64,000 nucleotides of DNA from Gemmatimonadaceae bacterium (GTDB lineage: Bacteria; Gemmatimonadota; Gemmatimonadetes; Gemmatimonadales; Gemmatimonadaceae): the NCBI GenBank assembly GCA_045803545.1, contig JBJMOW010000001.1:49683-113682 (forward strand). Direction: 5' to 3'. Shown piece after piece: positions 32,085 through 41,817 of the stretch. The notes beneath the pieces are model-generated. The model did not search any database. It was not told the origin of the DNA and worked only from the letters and a program-made list of their open reading frames with translations. Made by a program: the position numbers and the translations under genes. Numbering within the stretch: the stretch's first letter is position 1; every line of letters begins with the position of its first letter.

Positions 32085-32123
32085 CCCAAGCATTTCGACT
32101 GTAGCCGAATCGCCGCGAAGCAG

Positions 32124-32897
32124 CTAATCGGTCAGAAGGCTATACCCTATCTGAATGCCCTTTAAGGTCAGAAAAGGGTCGACCAGCTCCAATTCAGAAG
32201 TGAAGGGCTGCACTGTTTCCGCCATCCCGCCGGTCGCGATCACCAAAGGGGTGGTTCGGGTTGGCCACTCTTTCTTGATTCGGCGGACAATCCCATCTAT
32301 CGAGTCGACCGCGCCGTACAACACGCCCGCGCGAATGCACTCGTCGGTGCGACGTGCGATGACATGCCTCGGCGCGACAATATCGGTCGCCGGCAATTGA
32401 GCCGTGCGCCGAAAGAGGGTGTCAGCCGAAATCATGATTCCAGGCTGGATCACTCCACCGAGGAAGGAGCCGTCGGCAGTGATGCAGTCATAAGTCGTCG
32501 CCGTCCCCATGTCGACAACGATTGCGTCCCGCTTGTGAATGCGACTTGCCGCGAGGGTGTTGGCAATTCGATCGGCACCTACCGTAAGTGGCTCCTCGAC
32601 GTCGAGCTTGATCGGGAGCTTCGCCCGCCCGTCGATCATTACCGGCTTGTGACCGAACGAAATCTCACAAGCTGAAGCCAGCATCGGAGTCACCGATGGC
32701 ACCACCGAGCAAATTGCCGAGCCCTGCACACGACCCGGTGTGCTGAAATCCCCGCCGAGTATCGAGCGAATCAGTAGAGCGTATTCGTCTGACGTACGCG
32801 GCGCCGCCGTAGTCAGTCGCCAGTGCGACGTCAACTTGCTATCGTCGAACAGTCCGACAGTTATTTCAGAATTACCGACGTCGAATGCGAGAATCAC
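32124..32897 (-). CDS. coaX: Type III pantothenate kinase
   Basis: LAFDVGNS, SVVP, VGADR, VDMGTATT, GGVIQPG, IATGG; GTG start overlaps the birA stop. Confidence 0.95.
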   Translation of the reverse strand: MILAFDVGNSEITVGLFDDSKLTSHWRLTTAAPRTSDEYALLIRSILGGDFSTPGRVQGSAICSVVPSVTPMLASACEISFGHKPVMIDGRAKLPIKLDVEEPLTVGADRIANTLAASRIHKRDAIVVDMGTATTYDCITADGSFLGGVIQPGIMISADTLFRRTAQLPATDIVAPRHVIARRTDECIRAGVLYGAVDSIDGIVRRIKKEWPTRTTPLVIATGGMAETVQPFTSELELVDPFLTLKGIQIGYSLLTD

Positions 32898-33643
32898 TAT
32901 TCTCTCTCCAGAACGAGCGAACCGGACCGGAACCGCACCAACGAGTCGGCTAGAGCGACGAGCAGTTCGCCGGTCTCGCTGATTCCTGCCACCCTTCCAA
33001 GGGCAGGCGTGACACACTTCCGACCGCGCGCCATGTCTCTGGCCGCAAACTCCTCAATCTCGTCCTTGCGCAGCGGACCCGTTTCAGCGAGTGCCGCCCT
33101 TACACCGGGGACGACGTCCGCCAGGACATCGATCCGGTTCGTGTCGGGCTCTAACCAGGCACTCCCCGGAACGCCCTCCGGGGCGAGAATGTTGACACCG
33201 AGGCCGATCGCCACCCACTCGAGCGAGCTCTCGCGCCAACGCGCTTCGACGAGAATCCCCGCGAGCTTACCGTGGTCGATGAACAGGTCATTCGGCCATT
33301 TCAGCCGAATTGGCTCCGCCGCGAATCGGTCCAGCGCCCGAGCCGCGGCGAGCCCAACCCGCAGCGACAATACGTCGAGTCCGGAAGTGTCGGCGGGCCG
33401 CTCGACCAACGTCAGCCACAGGCCCGCACCTGGTGCTGACGCCCAACTCTTCCCGCCCCGCCCACGGCCCGCGGTTTGTTCATCCGCTATGATCAGAGTT
33501 CCGGCGGGCGCGCCCTCGCCAGCGAGGCGGTGCGCAACATCAAGAGTCGAGGTCGTCGACGCGAACAACTCGACGCGCGGCAACCCAAGCATCCGCTCGA
33601 TGTCTTCACTGGTCGCTCCGTCGAACAGTACCTCACTACCCAC
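32897..33643 (-). CDS. birA: Biotin--[acetyl-CoA-carboxylase] ligase without HTH domain
   Basis: QTAGRGRGG, LKWPND, KLAGILVE, IGLGVN. Confidence 0.92.
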   Translation of the reverse strand: MGSEVLFDGATSEDIERMLGLPRVELFASTTSTLDVAHRLAGEGAPAGTLIIADEQTAGRGRGGKSWASAPGAGLWLTLVERPADTSGLDVLSLRVGLAAARALDRFAAEPIRLKWPNDLFIDHGKLAGILVEARWRESSLEWVAIGLGVNILAPEGVPGSAWLEPDTNRIDVLADVVPGVRAALAETGPLRKDEIEEFAARDMARGRKCVTPALGRVAGISETGELLVALADSLVRFRSGSLVLERE

Positions 33644-34439
33644 GAGCGTAAATCACCGCCAGGACAGCGAGACCGAGTACGACACGATAGAACGCGAATA
33701 TTCCATAGCTATGACGGCTGACATACCGCATCAGAATCGAAATCGCCAGCCAGCCGGACACCGCAGACGCCACGATGCCGGCCATCAACTCATTGGTCAG
33801 CCCACCCTCGTGCAGAGCCTTGGGACCTTCGAGCACCACGGCAGCCGCGATGATCGGCATACTCATCAGAAAACTGAACTCCGCCGAGCTCTCGCGATCG
33901 AAACGCAGCCCACGCGCGCTGGTAATCGTCGAGCCCGAGCGCGAAACACCGGGGATCAGCGCGATCACCTGAGACAAACCAACCAGCAGGGCGTCTATCC
34001 AGCGCATCTCGCCGAGTATTCTGGCTTGATCGACGGCCTTGTCGACGATCCAGAGAATGATGCCCATGACGATCAGGGCGATCGCAATGACCTGCGGCGA
34101 GCGAAATGCCGACTCGGCGCGCGACTGCAGCAGGAATCCGCCAATCGCGCCCGGTATGGTTGCCAGAATCAGATAAATGACGCGCCGTTTCTCCGGCGTC
34201 TCGATTCGTCCGGTGCGAAGGATTCCGAAAGCTGCCTTGATCAGGGCGATCCACTCCATCCTGAAGTACCACAGCACGGCGAGTAGGGTACCGAAATGAA
34301 GCGCTACGTCAAACGCCAGTCCCGGATCGTCCCAGCCGAAAAGCCATGGTGCAAGCGTCAGGTGTGCACTGCTACTAATTGGCAGAAACTCCGACAATCC
34401 CTGAATGATGCCGAGTACCGCTGCCTGTAGTGGTGTCAT
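33636..34439 (-). CDS. uppP: Undecaprenyl-diphosphatase
   Basis: GIIQGLSEFLPISSSAH, PGVSRSGSTI; start trimmed to ATG 34439. Confidence 0.95.
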   Translation of the reverse strand: MTPLQAAVLGIIQGLSEFLPISSSAHLTLAPWLFGWDDPGLAFDVALHFGTLLAVLWYFRMEWIALIKAAFGILRTGRIETPEKRRVIYLILATIPGAIGGFLLQSRAESAFRSPQVIAIALIVMGIILWIVDKAVDQARILGEMRWIDALLVGLSQVIALIPGVSRSGSTITSARGLRFDRESSAEFSFLMSMPIIAAAVVLEGPKALHEGGLTNELMAGIVASAVSGWLAISILMRYVSRHSYGIFAFYRVVLGLAVLAVIYARG

Positions 34440-35575
34440 GACGTAACTGGTGAGAGTGATTGACGGTACAGCGATTCGTATTTCTCGACGATTGCGTCTC
34501 TGGAAAACCGCGCGCGTGCGTCCGCGGCACCAAGATGGCTCATCTCCGCCCACTTCTTACGATCTGATAGAATCTGGAGCGACGCAGCCGCCATCCCGGC
34601 GATGTCCCCAATTTCGCAAAGAAATCCCGTCTCTCCATCCCTGACTACCTCGGGAAGTCCTCCCGCATCGCTTCCCACAACGGGAACGCCGGACGCGAGG
34701 GCTTCAAGCGCACTGAGGCCGAATGACTCGCTCTGGCTCGGTAGCAAAAAGAGATCGGCTGCGGCGAGCAATGGAGCTATCTGATCGAGCTTTCCGAGAA
34801 ACGAAACAGACTCCTCGACCCCAAGGAGTCGCGCCTCTTCTTCGGCTGCGGGGCGATCGGGGCCATCACCGATCATGACCAGCACGCTTGGCAGCTCCCG
34901 ATTGACCTCGGCGAAAATCCGGACGACATCGCGAACGCGCTTCACCGCACGGAAGTTCGAGACGTGCATCAGAATCGGCCTGGACGATCCAAATTCCTTC
35001 TTCAGCAGCGGCGGGTATAGCTCGCGGTTGTAAATCGTCGGATCGATGAAGTTGTGGATCACCTCGATGGCAGGACCTTCGCATCCAAAAGCTCGGCAGG
35101 TCTCCTCACGCAGGTACTGAGAGACCGAAGTAATACGATCCGATTTCTCGATCGAGAATTTTGTGATCGGATAGAACGAGGGGTCCTGACCCACGATGGT
35201 GATGTCCGTGCCGTGAAGGGTGGTTACCAGGGTCACGTCGCGATTTGTCTCGCGCAGCATCTCGCGCGCAATCCAGGCGCTGGCTGCGTGCGGAATCGCG
35301 TAATGGCAATGGAGCAGCTCCAGTCCATGGGTCATTACGACTTCGTGCATGCGGACAGCAAGCGCCAGATCGTAGGGCGGGAACTCAAACAGCGGGTAGC
35401 GACCGACGTCGACTTCGTGGAAGAAAATCCGCGGCAGGAATGACGGAAGTCGGAACGGCTGGCGATAAGTGATGAAATGGACTTCGTTGCCGCGCTCGGC
35501 CAGCGCTATGCCCAATTCGGTCGCTACTGCGCCGGATCCGCCGTAGGTCGGATAACAGGTGATGCCAATCTTCAC
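34436..35575 (-). CDS. bshA: N-acetyl-alpha-D-glucosaminyl L-malate synthase (bacillithiol biosynthesis)
   Basis: MKIGITCYPTYGGSG, HYAIPHA, TTLHGTDIT, HVSNFRAVKR, ESFGLSALEA. Confidence 0.93.
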   Translation of the reverse strand: MKIGITCYPTYGGSGAVATELGIALAERGNEVHFITYRQPFRLPSFLPRIFFHEVDVGRYPLFEFPPYDLALAVRMHEVVMTHGLELLHCHYAIPHAASAWIAREMLRETNRDVTLVTTLHGTDITIVGQDPSFYPITKFSIEKSDRITSVSQYLREETCRAFGCEGPAIEVIHNFIDPTIYNRELYPPLLKKEFGSSRPILMHVSNFRAVKRVRDVVRIFAEVNRELPSVLVMIGDGPDRPAAEEEARLLGVEESVSFLGKLDQIAPLLAAADLFLLPSQSESFGLSALEALASGVPVVGSDAGGLPEVVRDGETGFLCEIGDIAGMAAASLQILSDRKKWAEMSHLGAADARARFSRDAIVEKYESLYRQSLSPVTS

Positions 35576-36492
35576 TCAGCTCTCTCCCACCACTCTCGTG
35601 CAATTGCCGCCGCTCGAGAGTCGAGTGGATTCAATTTCGTGACGGCGTCTGCCGGCAACTGATGTCTGAACCAGGTACGCTGTCGCTTCGCGTATTGGCG
35701 TGTCTCAATAATGATCCGCTCGCGCGTCGTTGACAAACCGGTTTTGCCCTCGACATGGTCTCGAATCGCGGCATAGCCCGACGCTTTCCAGGCCGGCGCA
35801 TCAGTCGGCACTCGGGTGAGCAATCGCTTTACTTCGTCTATCCAGCCGCGATCCAGCATCTGATCGACACGGTGCTCGATCTGCGATGCGAGCCCATCCC
35901 CCGGATCAACGACAAGATACGTGGGTTGAACATCGGCAGCGACAGCTGTCGCTGCGTGCACTTCATGGAGCTCACTCATTCGACCGCCGGCGAGCAATGC
36001 TGTCTCGATCGACCGCAGCAGTTGGGTGCGTCCGAGGTGTGCGCGCGAAGGGTCGAGCGCTTCGCACCACCGCCGCAGCTCGTCGACCGATTTCTCAGAC
36101 AGCTGCGATTCCAATTGCGATCGTACGACAGGATCCATTGCCGGCGCGTCGAAAAGCGGTTGCACGAGCGCTTTTATGTAAAGGCCGGTGCCCCCCACCA
36201 CGATGGCGGCTTTATCGAGCTCGCCCGCGCACTCTATCCACTCGACTGCTTCGCGCGCCCATCGCGCGGCGGAATAACGCTCGCCTGGCTCCGCAACGTC
36301 AACACCATAATGAGTCACGCGAGTGCATTCATCACGCGTTGGCTTGGCCGTACCGATGTCGAAGTAGCAGTAGACCTGTCGCGAGTCGGCACTGACGATT
36401 GCGGCTTCGTACTCTTCCGCCAGCATCATCGCAACACGTGACTTCCCCGCCCCCGTCGGACCGCAGACGATGCGGAGTTTACCGGCGACCAA
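35572..36492 (-). CDS. miaA: tRNA dimethylallyltransferase
   Basis: GPTGAGKS, SADSRQVY, DIGTAKP, VGGTGLY, YAKRQRTW; probable TTG start at 36492 after GGAG. Confidence 0.95.
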   Translation of the reverse strand: MVAGKLRIVCGPTGAGKSRVAMMLAEEYEAAIVSADSRQVYCYFDIGTAKPTRDECTRVTHYGVDVAEPGERYSAARWAREAVEWIECAGELDKAAIVVGGTGLYIKALVQPLFDAPAMDPVVRSQLESQLSEKSVDELRRWCEALDPSRAHLGRTQLLRSIETALLAGGRMSELHEVHAATAVAADVQPTYLVVDPGDGLASQIEHRVDQMLDRGWIDEVKRLLTRVPTDAPAWKASGYAAIRDHVEGKTGLSTTRERIIIETRQYAKRQRTWFRHQLPADAVTKLNPLDSRAAAIAREWWERAE

Positions 36493-38227
36493 AGCGACGC
36501 TCCACTTCGTCCCATGTGAGATGCACGATAGTCGAGCGACCATGAACGTCGTGCGCGGGAAGTGTGGTATCACGCAGGGCGGCGAATAACGATCGCATCT
36601 CGCTCTGCGACAGCTCGTCGCCGCCCTTGATTGCCGCTTTGCACGCGACGGTTGCGGCGAGTCGCTCGTGGCGAGCCGCGGTTCCGGCGATTCGGTCTCC
36701 GGTGAGAGCGTCGAGCGATTCGCGCAGGCATCGCTCGGCGTCGAACCGGGGATGCGGCATTGGCACCGTGTTAACGATCAAGGTATGGCCGCCAAAACCC
36801 TCGATCTCGAATCCGATGCGCTCGAGGTACTCGCGATTCGACTCGAACGCGTCAGCCTCGGCGGGACCGAGGTGCAGCGTGAGCGGGAGTAAGAGTCGCT
36901 GGGCGGATGAGGACCCGGTTTCGAGCGTGCGCATGAACTGCTCGTAGAGCACGCGCTCGTGGGCAGAATGCTGATCGATCAGAACCAGACCCTGCTCATG
37001 CTCAAACACGATGTAGGTGCGCCGCAACTGAAAAAGCGGCGGAACTACCTGAGGTGTTGGAGGTGCCTCGAGCTCGGCCACAGCCTCTGCGGATTGAATC
37101 TCAGCGGGCTCTGCGGCTAGTGTGAAGAGCGGCCCATCCTCCATCGGCCCCGGACGAAGAATTTCGCTGCCGGGACTTTGGTAGGGTGCGACAGGTGTGA
37201 ACCCGAAGTTGCTGCCACGCCAGCCAAACGATTGGGCGCTGTCAAGTGTGCCCAGCGCACGGCGCACTGCTGTCTCCACCGCGCGTTCGACCGTCCACCG
37301 ATCGCGAAACCGAACCTCTGCTTTCGCCGGATGAACGTTCACATCCACGGCATCGGCAGGGAGAGTCACATTGAGGAAAAATGATGGACGAACACCGGCC
37401 ACAATCGTCGAGCGATACGCGGCTTCGACAGCGCGGCCAATGCCGCCGTCGCGAACCGCCCGCCCGTTCACGGAAAGAAAGACGCGACGGGTGGAAGTGC
37501 CGACGTCGGCCGGACGTTGCACGAGTCCGCTGGTGTGAATTGGTCCAGCAACGTCGTCGACATCCACAAGGTCTTCTGCGTATCGCCCACCCCAGATCGC
37601 GCCGAGGCGCGAGCGCACGCTGCTCACCGGCGGCAGCGTCAGCGCCGAGCGTCCGTCGTGTGAGAGTTGAATCCGCAGAGAGGGCTGGGTCAGCGCCAGC
37701 GCGGTGAGTGCGTCGACTGAGCTTCTCCACTCCGATCGCGCGCTGCGCAGGAACTTCAGTCGCGCCGGCACGTTGTAGAACAGCTGTCCAACTTTTACGG
37801 TTGTCCCGCGCTGCCGTGCGATCCGCTCCGGAGGCGAAGGCCGACCGCCGCTGACACGCATCCGGGTACCTTCCCCATCCTCAGTCGCCGTTTCTATTTC
37901 GAGATGGGAGACGGATGCAATCGCCGGGAGCGCTTCACCGCGAAATCCGAAGGTCGGCACACCTACGAGGTCGGCGGCAGCGCGAATCTTCGAAGTACCG
38001 TGGCGGGCCAATGCCACCGGCACTTCCTCCGAGGTAATCCCGCTGCCGTCGTCACTCACGCGAATGGTTTTGCGGCCTCCATCTTCCAGCGCGATGTCGA
38101 TGATGCCCGCGCCCGCATCGATCGCGTTTTCGACGAGCTCTTTCACTACCGACGAAGGCCGCTCGACGACTTCGCCGGCAGCAATCTGATCGGCGACCGA
38201 GCTGGGGAGAATCGAGATTACGGGCAT
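36479..38227 (-). CDS. mutL: DNA mismatch repair endonuclease MutL
   Basis: IAAGEVVERP, KELVENAIDA, GFRGEAL, DVNVHPAK, DQHSAHER, ACK; start trimmed to ATG 38227. Confidence 0.96.
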   Translation of the reverse strand: MPVISILPSSVADQIAAGEVVERPSSVVKELVENAIDAGAGIIDIALEDGGRKTIRVSDDGSGITSEEVPVALARHGTSKIRAAADLVGVPTFGFRGEALPAIASVSHLEIETATEDGEGTRMRVSGGRPSPPERIARQRGTTVKVGQLFYNVPARLKFLRSARSEWRSSVDALTALALTQPSLRIQLSHDGRSALTLPPVSSVRSRLGAIWGGRYAEDLVDVDDVAGPIHTSGLVQRPADVGTSTRRVFLSVNGRAVRDGGIGRAVEAAYRSTIVAGVRPSFFLNVTLPADAVDVNVHPAKAEVRFRDRWTVERAVETAVRRALGTLDSAQSFGWRGSNFGFTPVAPYQSPGSEILRPGPMEDGPLFTLAAEPAEIQSAEAVAELEAPPTPQVVPPLFQLRRTYIVFEHEQGLVLIDQHSAHERVLYEQFMRTLETGSSSAQRLLLPLTLHLGPAEADAFESNREYLERIGFEIEGFGGHTLIVNTVPMPHPRFDAERCLRESLDALTGDRIAGTAARHERLAATVACKAAIKGGDELSQSEMRSLFAALRDTTLPAHDVHGRSTIVHLTWDEVERRFGRR

Positions 38228-38240
38228 CGCAACAGCGAAG

Positions 38241-39875
38241 CTACCAATCCTTGCCCCTCGGCGGAGCGGGGACATTTTTTTTCTGATGCTGCCCCTGGAC
38301 GTCGGTCTCCTTGTCCTCCGCCGCATTGAGCACAGCTTCGGCCTGCTGGGGCGTCATGCCCGGCACCGGTTTAGGAGCTTGCGACTGAATCGGACTAGGC
38401 GCCGGATTCGGACTCTGACTCTTACCACCGCCGCCACCACCTCCACCGCCTCCTCCACCACCGCCGCCTCCGCCGCCCCCACCTCCCTTTTTCTGACGAA
38501 GGGCAAGCTCGTAGTTCCACCGCGCATCCGAGTCAGCAACGGCAACCTCGAGGATTTGTTTGTAGCGGAAGAGCGCGCTATCGAGCTTTGCATCCGAAGA
38601 ATCTTTGGAGCGCCGTCCCTGCACCAGGTAATCGAGACCGAGGTTGAATCGCGCGTGATGCCTCGCCTCCAAATCTCTGGTCTCCGAAGCCTTCGTGAGC
38701 GGTGGAATCGCCTGCTGTAACGAGTCGCGCCGCAGCTGCCGGGTTCCCGCGTTGTACAACGCGATCGCTGCCTTGTCGCGTGGCGCGCTACGACACGAGA
38801 TAGTCAGCATGAGCATTGTCGCAGTGGCCGCAGCAGCGGCGATTGCGCGGCGTCGCCGACGCTTCGTTTGGAGAAACGTATCGAGAGCCAGCAACAAGAG
38901 CGCGGCGAGCAGGAACCATTGATACTGGACTCCGAGGTTCTCTCCGGACACCACCGAGCGCGGGTTGGCGTGCAGATTGTTGAGCGCGAGCCGCATCCGT
39001 CCTGCCTTGTCGGCCGTCGCCGCATCAATGAAGACCCCACCGGACTGTGCCGCGATGTCCCTAAGCAGTGTTGGGTCGTAGTGCGACACCACGACATTGC
39101 CATTCTCATCACGCTTTTGCGTGACGACGCGATTCTCGATTACCGGAATCGTGGATCCCTGTTGCGTTCCAAAGCCAACCGTGATGACGGTGAAGCCCAT
39201 TTGACGGGCCCGCTGCGCTTCACTCAGCACTTCCTCGGGATTGTCGAAACCCTCGCCGTCGCTCATCAGAACGATGGCCTTGTCACCCTGAGACCTGTTG
39301 AGCGCGAGCAGGTTGGTTGCCTGACGAAGCGCACTCGCCAGCGAGCTGCCTCCTTGTCCAACAATTGACGGATCGAGATTCTGGAGATAAAGGTCGAGCG
39401 CACTTTGATCGACGGTGAGCGGCGTTAGGATGTAGCTGCGACCGGCAAAGGCGAGAAGCGCGAACCGATCGCCAGGCGAGAGATCGCGCAACCGGTTGAT
39501 CTCTTGTTTCATCGCCTGCAGCCGGCTGGGTCGCTCGTCGGTCGCCAGCATTGATAGTGAAGCGTCGAGCGCAAGTACGACATCTACTCCCTGCTGTTTG
39601 ACTACTGTCTGTTCGAGACCCCATCGCGGTCCGGCAACGGCCGCCGCGAGCAAGCAGGTAGCGAGGCCCGAGCGAAGAATTGCGGACGACGTTCGTTGCT
39701 GTGCGATCGACGGCGCCAGGCGCGCGATCATCGATGGAGTGCCAAGGCGGGCGAGGCGCTCCCGCCGCGCGCGAATTCCCCACCGCACCAGCCACGCAGT
39801 AACAACTGGCAGCACAACGAGGAGTGGTAGTGCCCACGGCCACTGCACATAGCGGAGATAGTATGTGTAGGTCAT
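38241..39875 (-). CDS. BatB-like VWA domain fused to a BatC-like TPR region
   Basis: MIDAS DASLSM, PLTVD, SDGE; TM; TPR-like LYNAG...RFNLG...DARWNYELAL; Gly21 linker; C-terminal KDW. Confidence 0.82.
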   Translation of the reverse strand: MTYTYYLRYVQWPWALPLLVVLPVVTAWLVRWGIRARRERLARLGTPSMIARLAPSIAQQRTSSAILRSGLATCLLAAAVAGPRWGLEQTVVKQQGVDVVLALDASLSMLATDERPSRLQAMKQEINRLRDLSPGDRFALLAFAGRSYILTPLTVDQSALDLYLQNLDPSIVGQGGSSLASALRQATNLLALNRSQGDKAIVLMSDGEGFDNPEEVLSEAQRARQMGFTVITVGFGTQQGSTIPVIENRVVTQKRDENGNVVVSHYDPTLLRDIAAQSGGVFIDAATADKAGRMRLALNNLHANPRSVVSGENLGVQYQWFLLAALLLLALDTFLQTKRRRRRAIAAAAATATMLMLTISCRSAPRDKAAIALYNAGTRQLRRDSLQQAIPPLTKASETRDLEARHHARFNLGLDYLVQGRRSKDSSDAKLDSALFRYKQILEVAVADSDARWNYELALRQKKGGGGGGGGGGGGGGGGGGGGGKSQSPNPAPSPIQSQAPKPVPGMTPQQAEAVLNAAEDKETDVQGQHQKKNVPAPPRGKDW

Positions 39876-40867
39876 GGTAGCGGCGCCTTCCACGCGACGA
39901 GCGCGAGCTCTCCGAACAGCAACAGCAGTCCGATGGTGAGCGGCCACCGATACAGCTCACGGTACCGCACGGTCGTCGTCGTGTGCACCGGTGCCCGCTC
40001 CATCTGATCGATGTAGGAGTAGATGTTCTGCAGCGCAGCTGCATCGCGAGCGCGGAAATAGCGGCCACCAGTCATGCGCGCAACGTTGCTCAATAGCGCC
40101 TCGTCGATCTCCACAGGCTGGTATTCGTAGCGCAGTCCGCCGTTCGCATTGCGGCCCACCGGTACGGGCGCCATGCCGACGCTTCCAACGCCAATTCCGT
40201 AAACCTTGATGCCGTAGGCTTCCGCGGCTTTCGCCGCGACCAGCGGCTCGATCGAGCCGCGATTGTTGACGCCATCGGTAAGGAGAATCAGCACGCGTGA
40301 TTTGCCAGGTGCGTCACGCAGCCGGTTCGCGGCCGTTGCGATCGCGTTTCCAATCGCGGTGCCGTCCTCGAGCTGACCAGCCTGAAGATTCGACACAGCC
40401 TGCAGCACAACCGGGTAGTCAGTGGTTAGCGGTACCTGAGTCAGCGCTTCTCCCGCGAACGCGACCACCCCGATCCGATCTGAAGTCCGGCGGTTGATGA
40501 ATTGCTTCACCTTTGCCTTCGCGACTTCGATGCGATTGTTCGGACGAAAATCGAGTGCGAGCATCGAGCTCGAGAGATCAATCGCCAGCACGATGTTGAT
40601 TCCTTCGCTCGTCTGGGTCTCGGTATGCGCGCCAGAGCGTGGCCGCGCGAGAGCGACGATCAAAAAGAACAACGCGAGATTCCGCAGGAGGAAGATCGCG
40701 CGCGGGATCCAGCCACCAGTGCGGGGGCCGGATGCCAACACCGAAGTCCTGGAGAACACGATCGCGTCTTTGCGACGAAAGCGTCTCCACAGCCACCACG
40801 CCGGAAGGAGCACGAGCAGCCAAAGCGCCTCCGGAGTAAAGAACTCGAAAAGGCCGAAGACACTCAC
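39872..40867 (-). CDS. BatA-like VWA domain membrane protein
   Basis: ALARP, DLSSSM, DRIGVVAFAG, PLTTD, GTAIG, LLTDGVNN. Confidence 0.88.
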   Translation of the reverse strand: MSVFGLFEFFTPEALWLLVLLPAWWLWRRFRRKDAIVFSRTSVLASGPRTGGWIPRAIFLLRNLALFFLIVALARPRSGAHTETQTSEGINIVLAIDLSSSMLALDFRPNNRIEVAKAKVKQFINRRTSDRIGVVAFAGEALTQVPLTTDYPVVLQAVSNLQAGQLEDGTAIGNAIATAANRLRDAPGKSRVLILLTDGVNNRGSIEPLVAAKAAEAYGIKVYGIGVGSVGMAPVPVGRNANGGLRYEYQPVEIDEALLSNVARMTGGRYFRARDAAALQNIYSYIDQMERAPVHTTTTVRYRELYRWPLTIGLLLLFGELALVAWKAPLP

Positions 40868-41817
40868 GCTGCCTTCTCCTTCGTCGCGTTCAAGCGCTTC
40901 GCCGGCTCTGAGTCGGGCTTCACGCGAGCCTCGACGTGGTCGACGATCTCCCTTGCGAGGGTTCCAGTGCGTCCAGCTTCATCCCGATTGACGCTTGCGC
41001 GCGCGAATTTCACCATGTCGGCCTGCTCGAGAATCCCCGGCAGTTCAGTTTCCACGCCGGCGCTCGGTCGCATCGAGTGCACCAGCTCGGTCGTCGTGTT
41101 CGACCGACGAACTCCCGGAACTCTGGCCGCGAGATACTCGCGGACGACGTCCACCATCGCGGCGACGTAATCCTCGGCTTCGCCTTTATCGAGGAGCTTC
41201 CGCGCCTCAATGCGCGCGAATTCCTGTTGCGCGCGGACATAAGGGTCGATCGGCGGCCGAGGACGGTTCCGCCACCTGCGCCATACCCACCATAGCAACA
41301 CCAACGCAATTGCCGCCGCAAGCAGGCCACCCCACAACAGCCAGTTGAACACAGGCAGGATGATCAGCGGCCGCGGCGGCTTCGGAATTCGCAACGAGGT
41401 GTCTGCTGGCAGCACCGACTTCACAAAAACTGTCGCATCTGCGAGCGGCACGAGCCGTTCCTGACCCCCGTAGGTCACGCGCACATCGGGGAATCTCAAC
41501 GACTGTGTCCCGATGTCCCACGCTACAAGATGGTAGAGCGCGACCGCCGTGTCGCCGAGCATCGACACGAGTTTCTCGCCACCCAGTTCGATCGGTCGGA
41601 TACCGTTTTGGGCGGTGGTGTCAGGCCCGAGTGGGAAGTCGAACCGCACACCCTTCGGCGCGAGAACCTTGATGAACAGGTCGAATTGCTGCGCGATCAG
41701 GACGGTGTCTGGCTTGACACGATAGCCCATCTGCACCGGCAGCTGATTCAGGTTTGCCGACGGCTGGATCGTCGTGACTGTCTGCTGCAACAGCAGCGCA
41801 AGCGCGATCAGATTCAC
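40864..41817 (-). CDS. Hypothetical membrane protein of the MoxR/Bat cluster
   Basis: Exported N-terminal domain, TM, then VREYL...TTTEL...ADMVKFAR, as in conserved MoxR-operon members. Confidence 0.7.
   Translation of the reverse strand: MNLIALALLLQQTVTTIQPSANLNQLPVQMGYRVKPDTVLIAQQFDLFIKVLAPKGVRFDFPLGPDTTAQNGIRPIELGGEKLVSMLGDTAVALYHLVAWDIGTQSLRFPDVRVTYGGQERLVPLADATVFVKSVLPADTSLRIPKPPRPLIILPVFNWLLWGGLLAAAIALVLLWWVWRRWRNRPRPPIDPYVRAQQEFARIEARKLLDKGEAEDYVAAMVDVVREYLAARVPGVRRSNTTTELVHSMRPSAGVETELPGILEQADMVKFARASVNRDEAGRTGTLAREIVDHVEARVKPDSEPAKRLNATKEKAA

Noticed and set aside
32823..34286. 487-aa plus-strand ORF
   Set aside because: Antisense to birA/uppP, Ser/Arg/Ala-rich, typical high-GC shadow frame.
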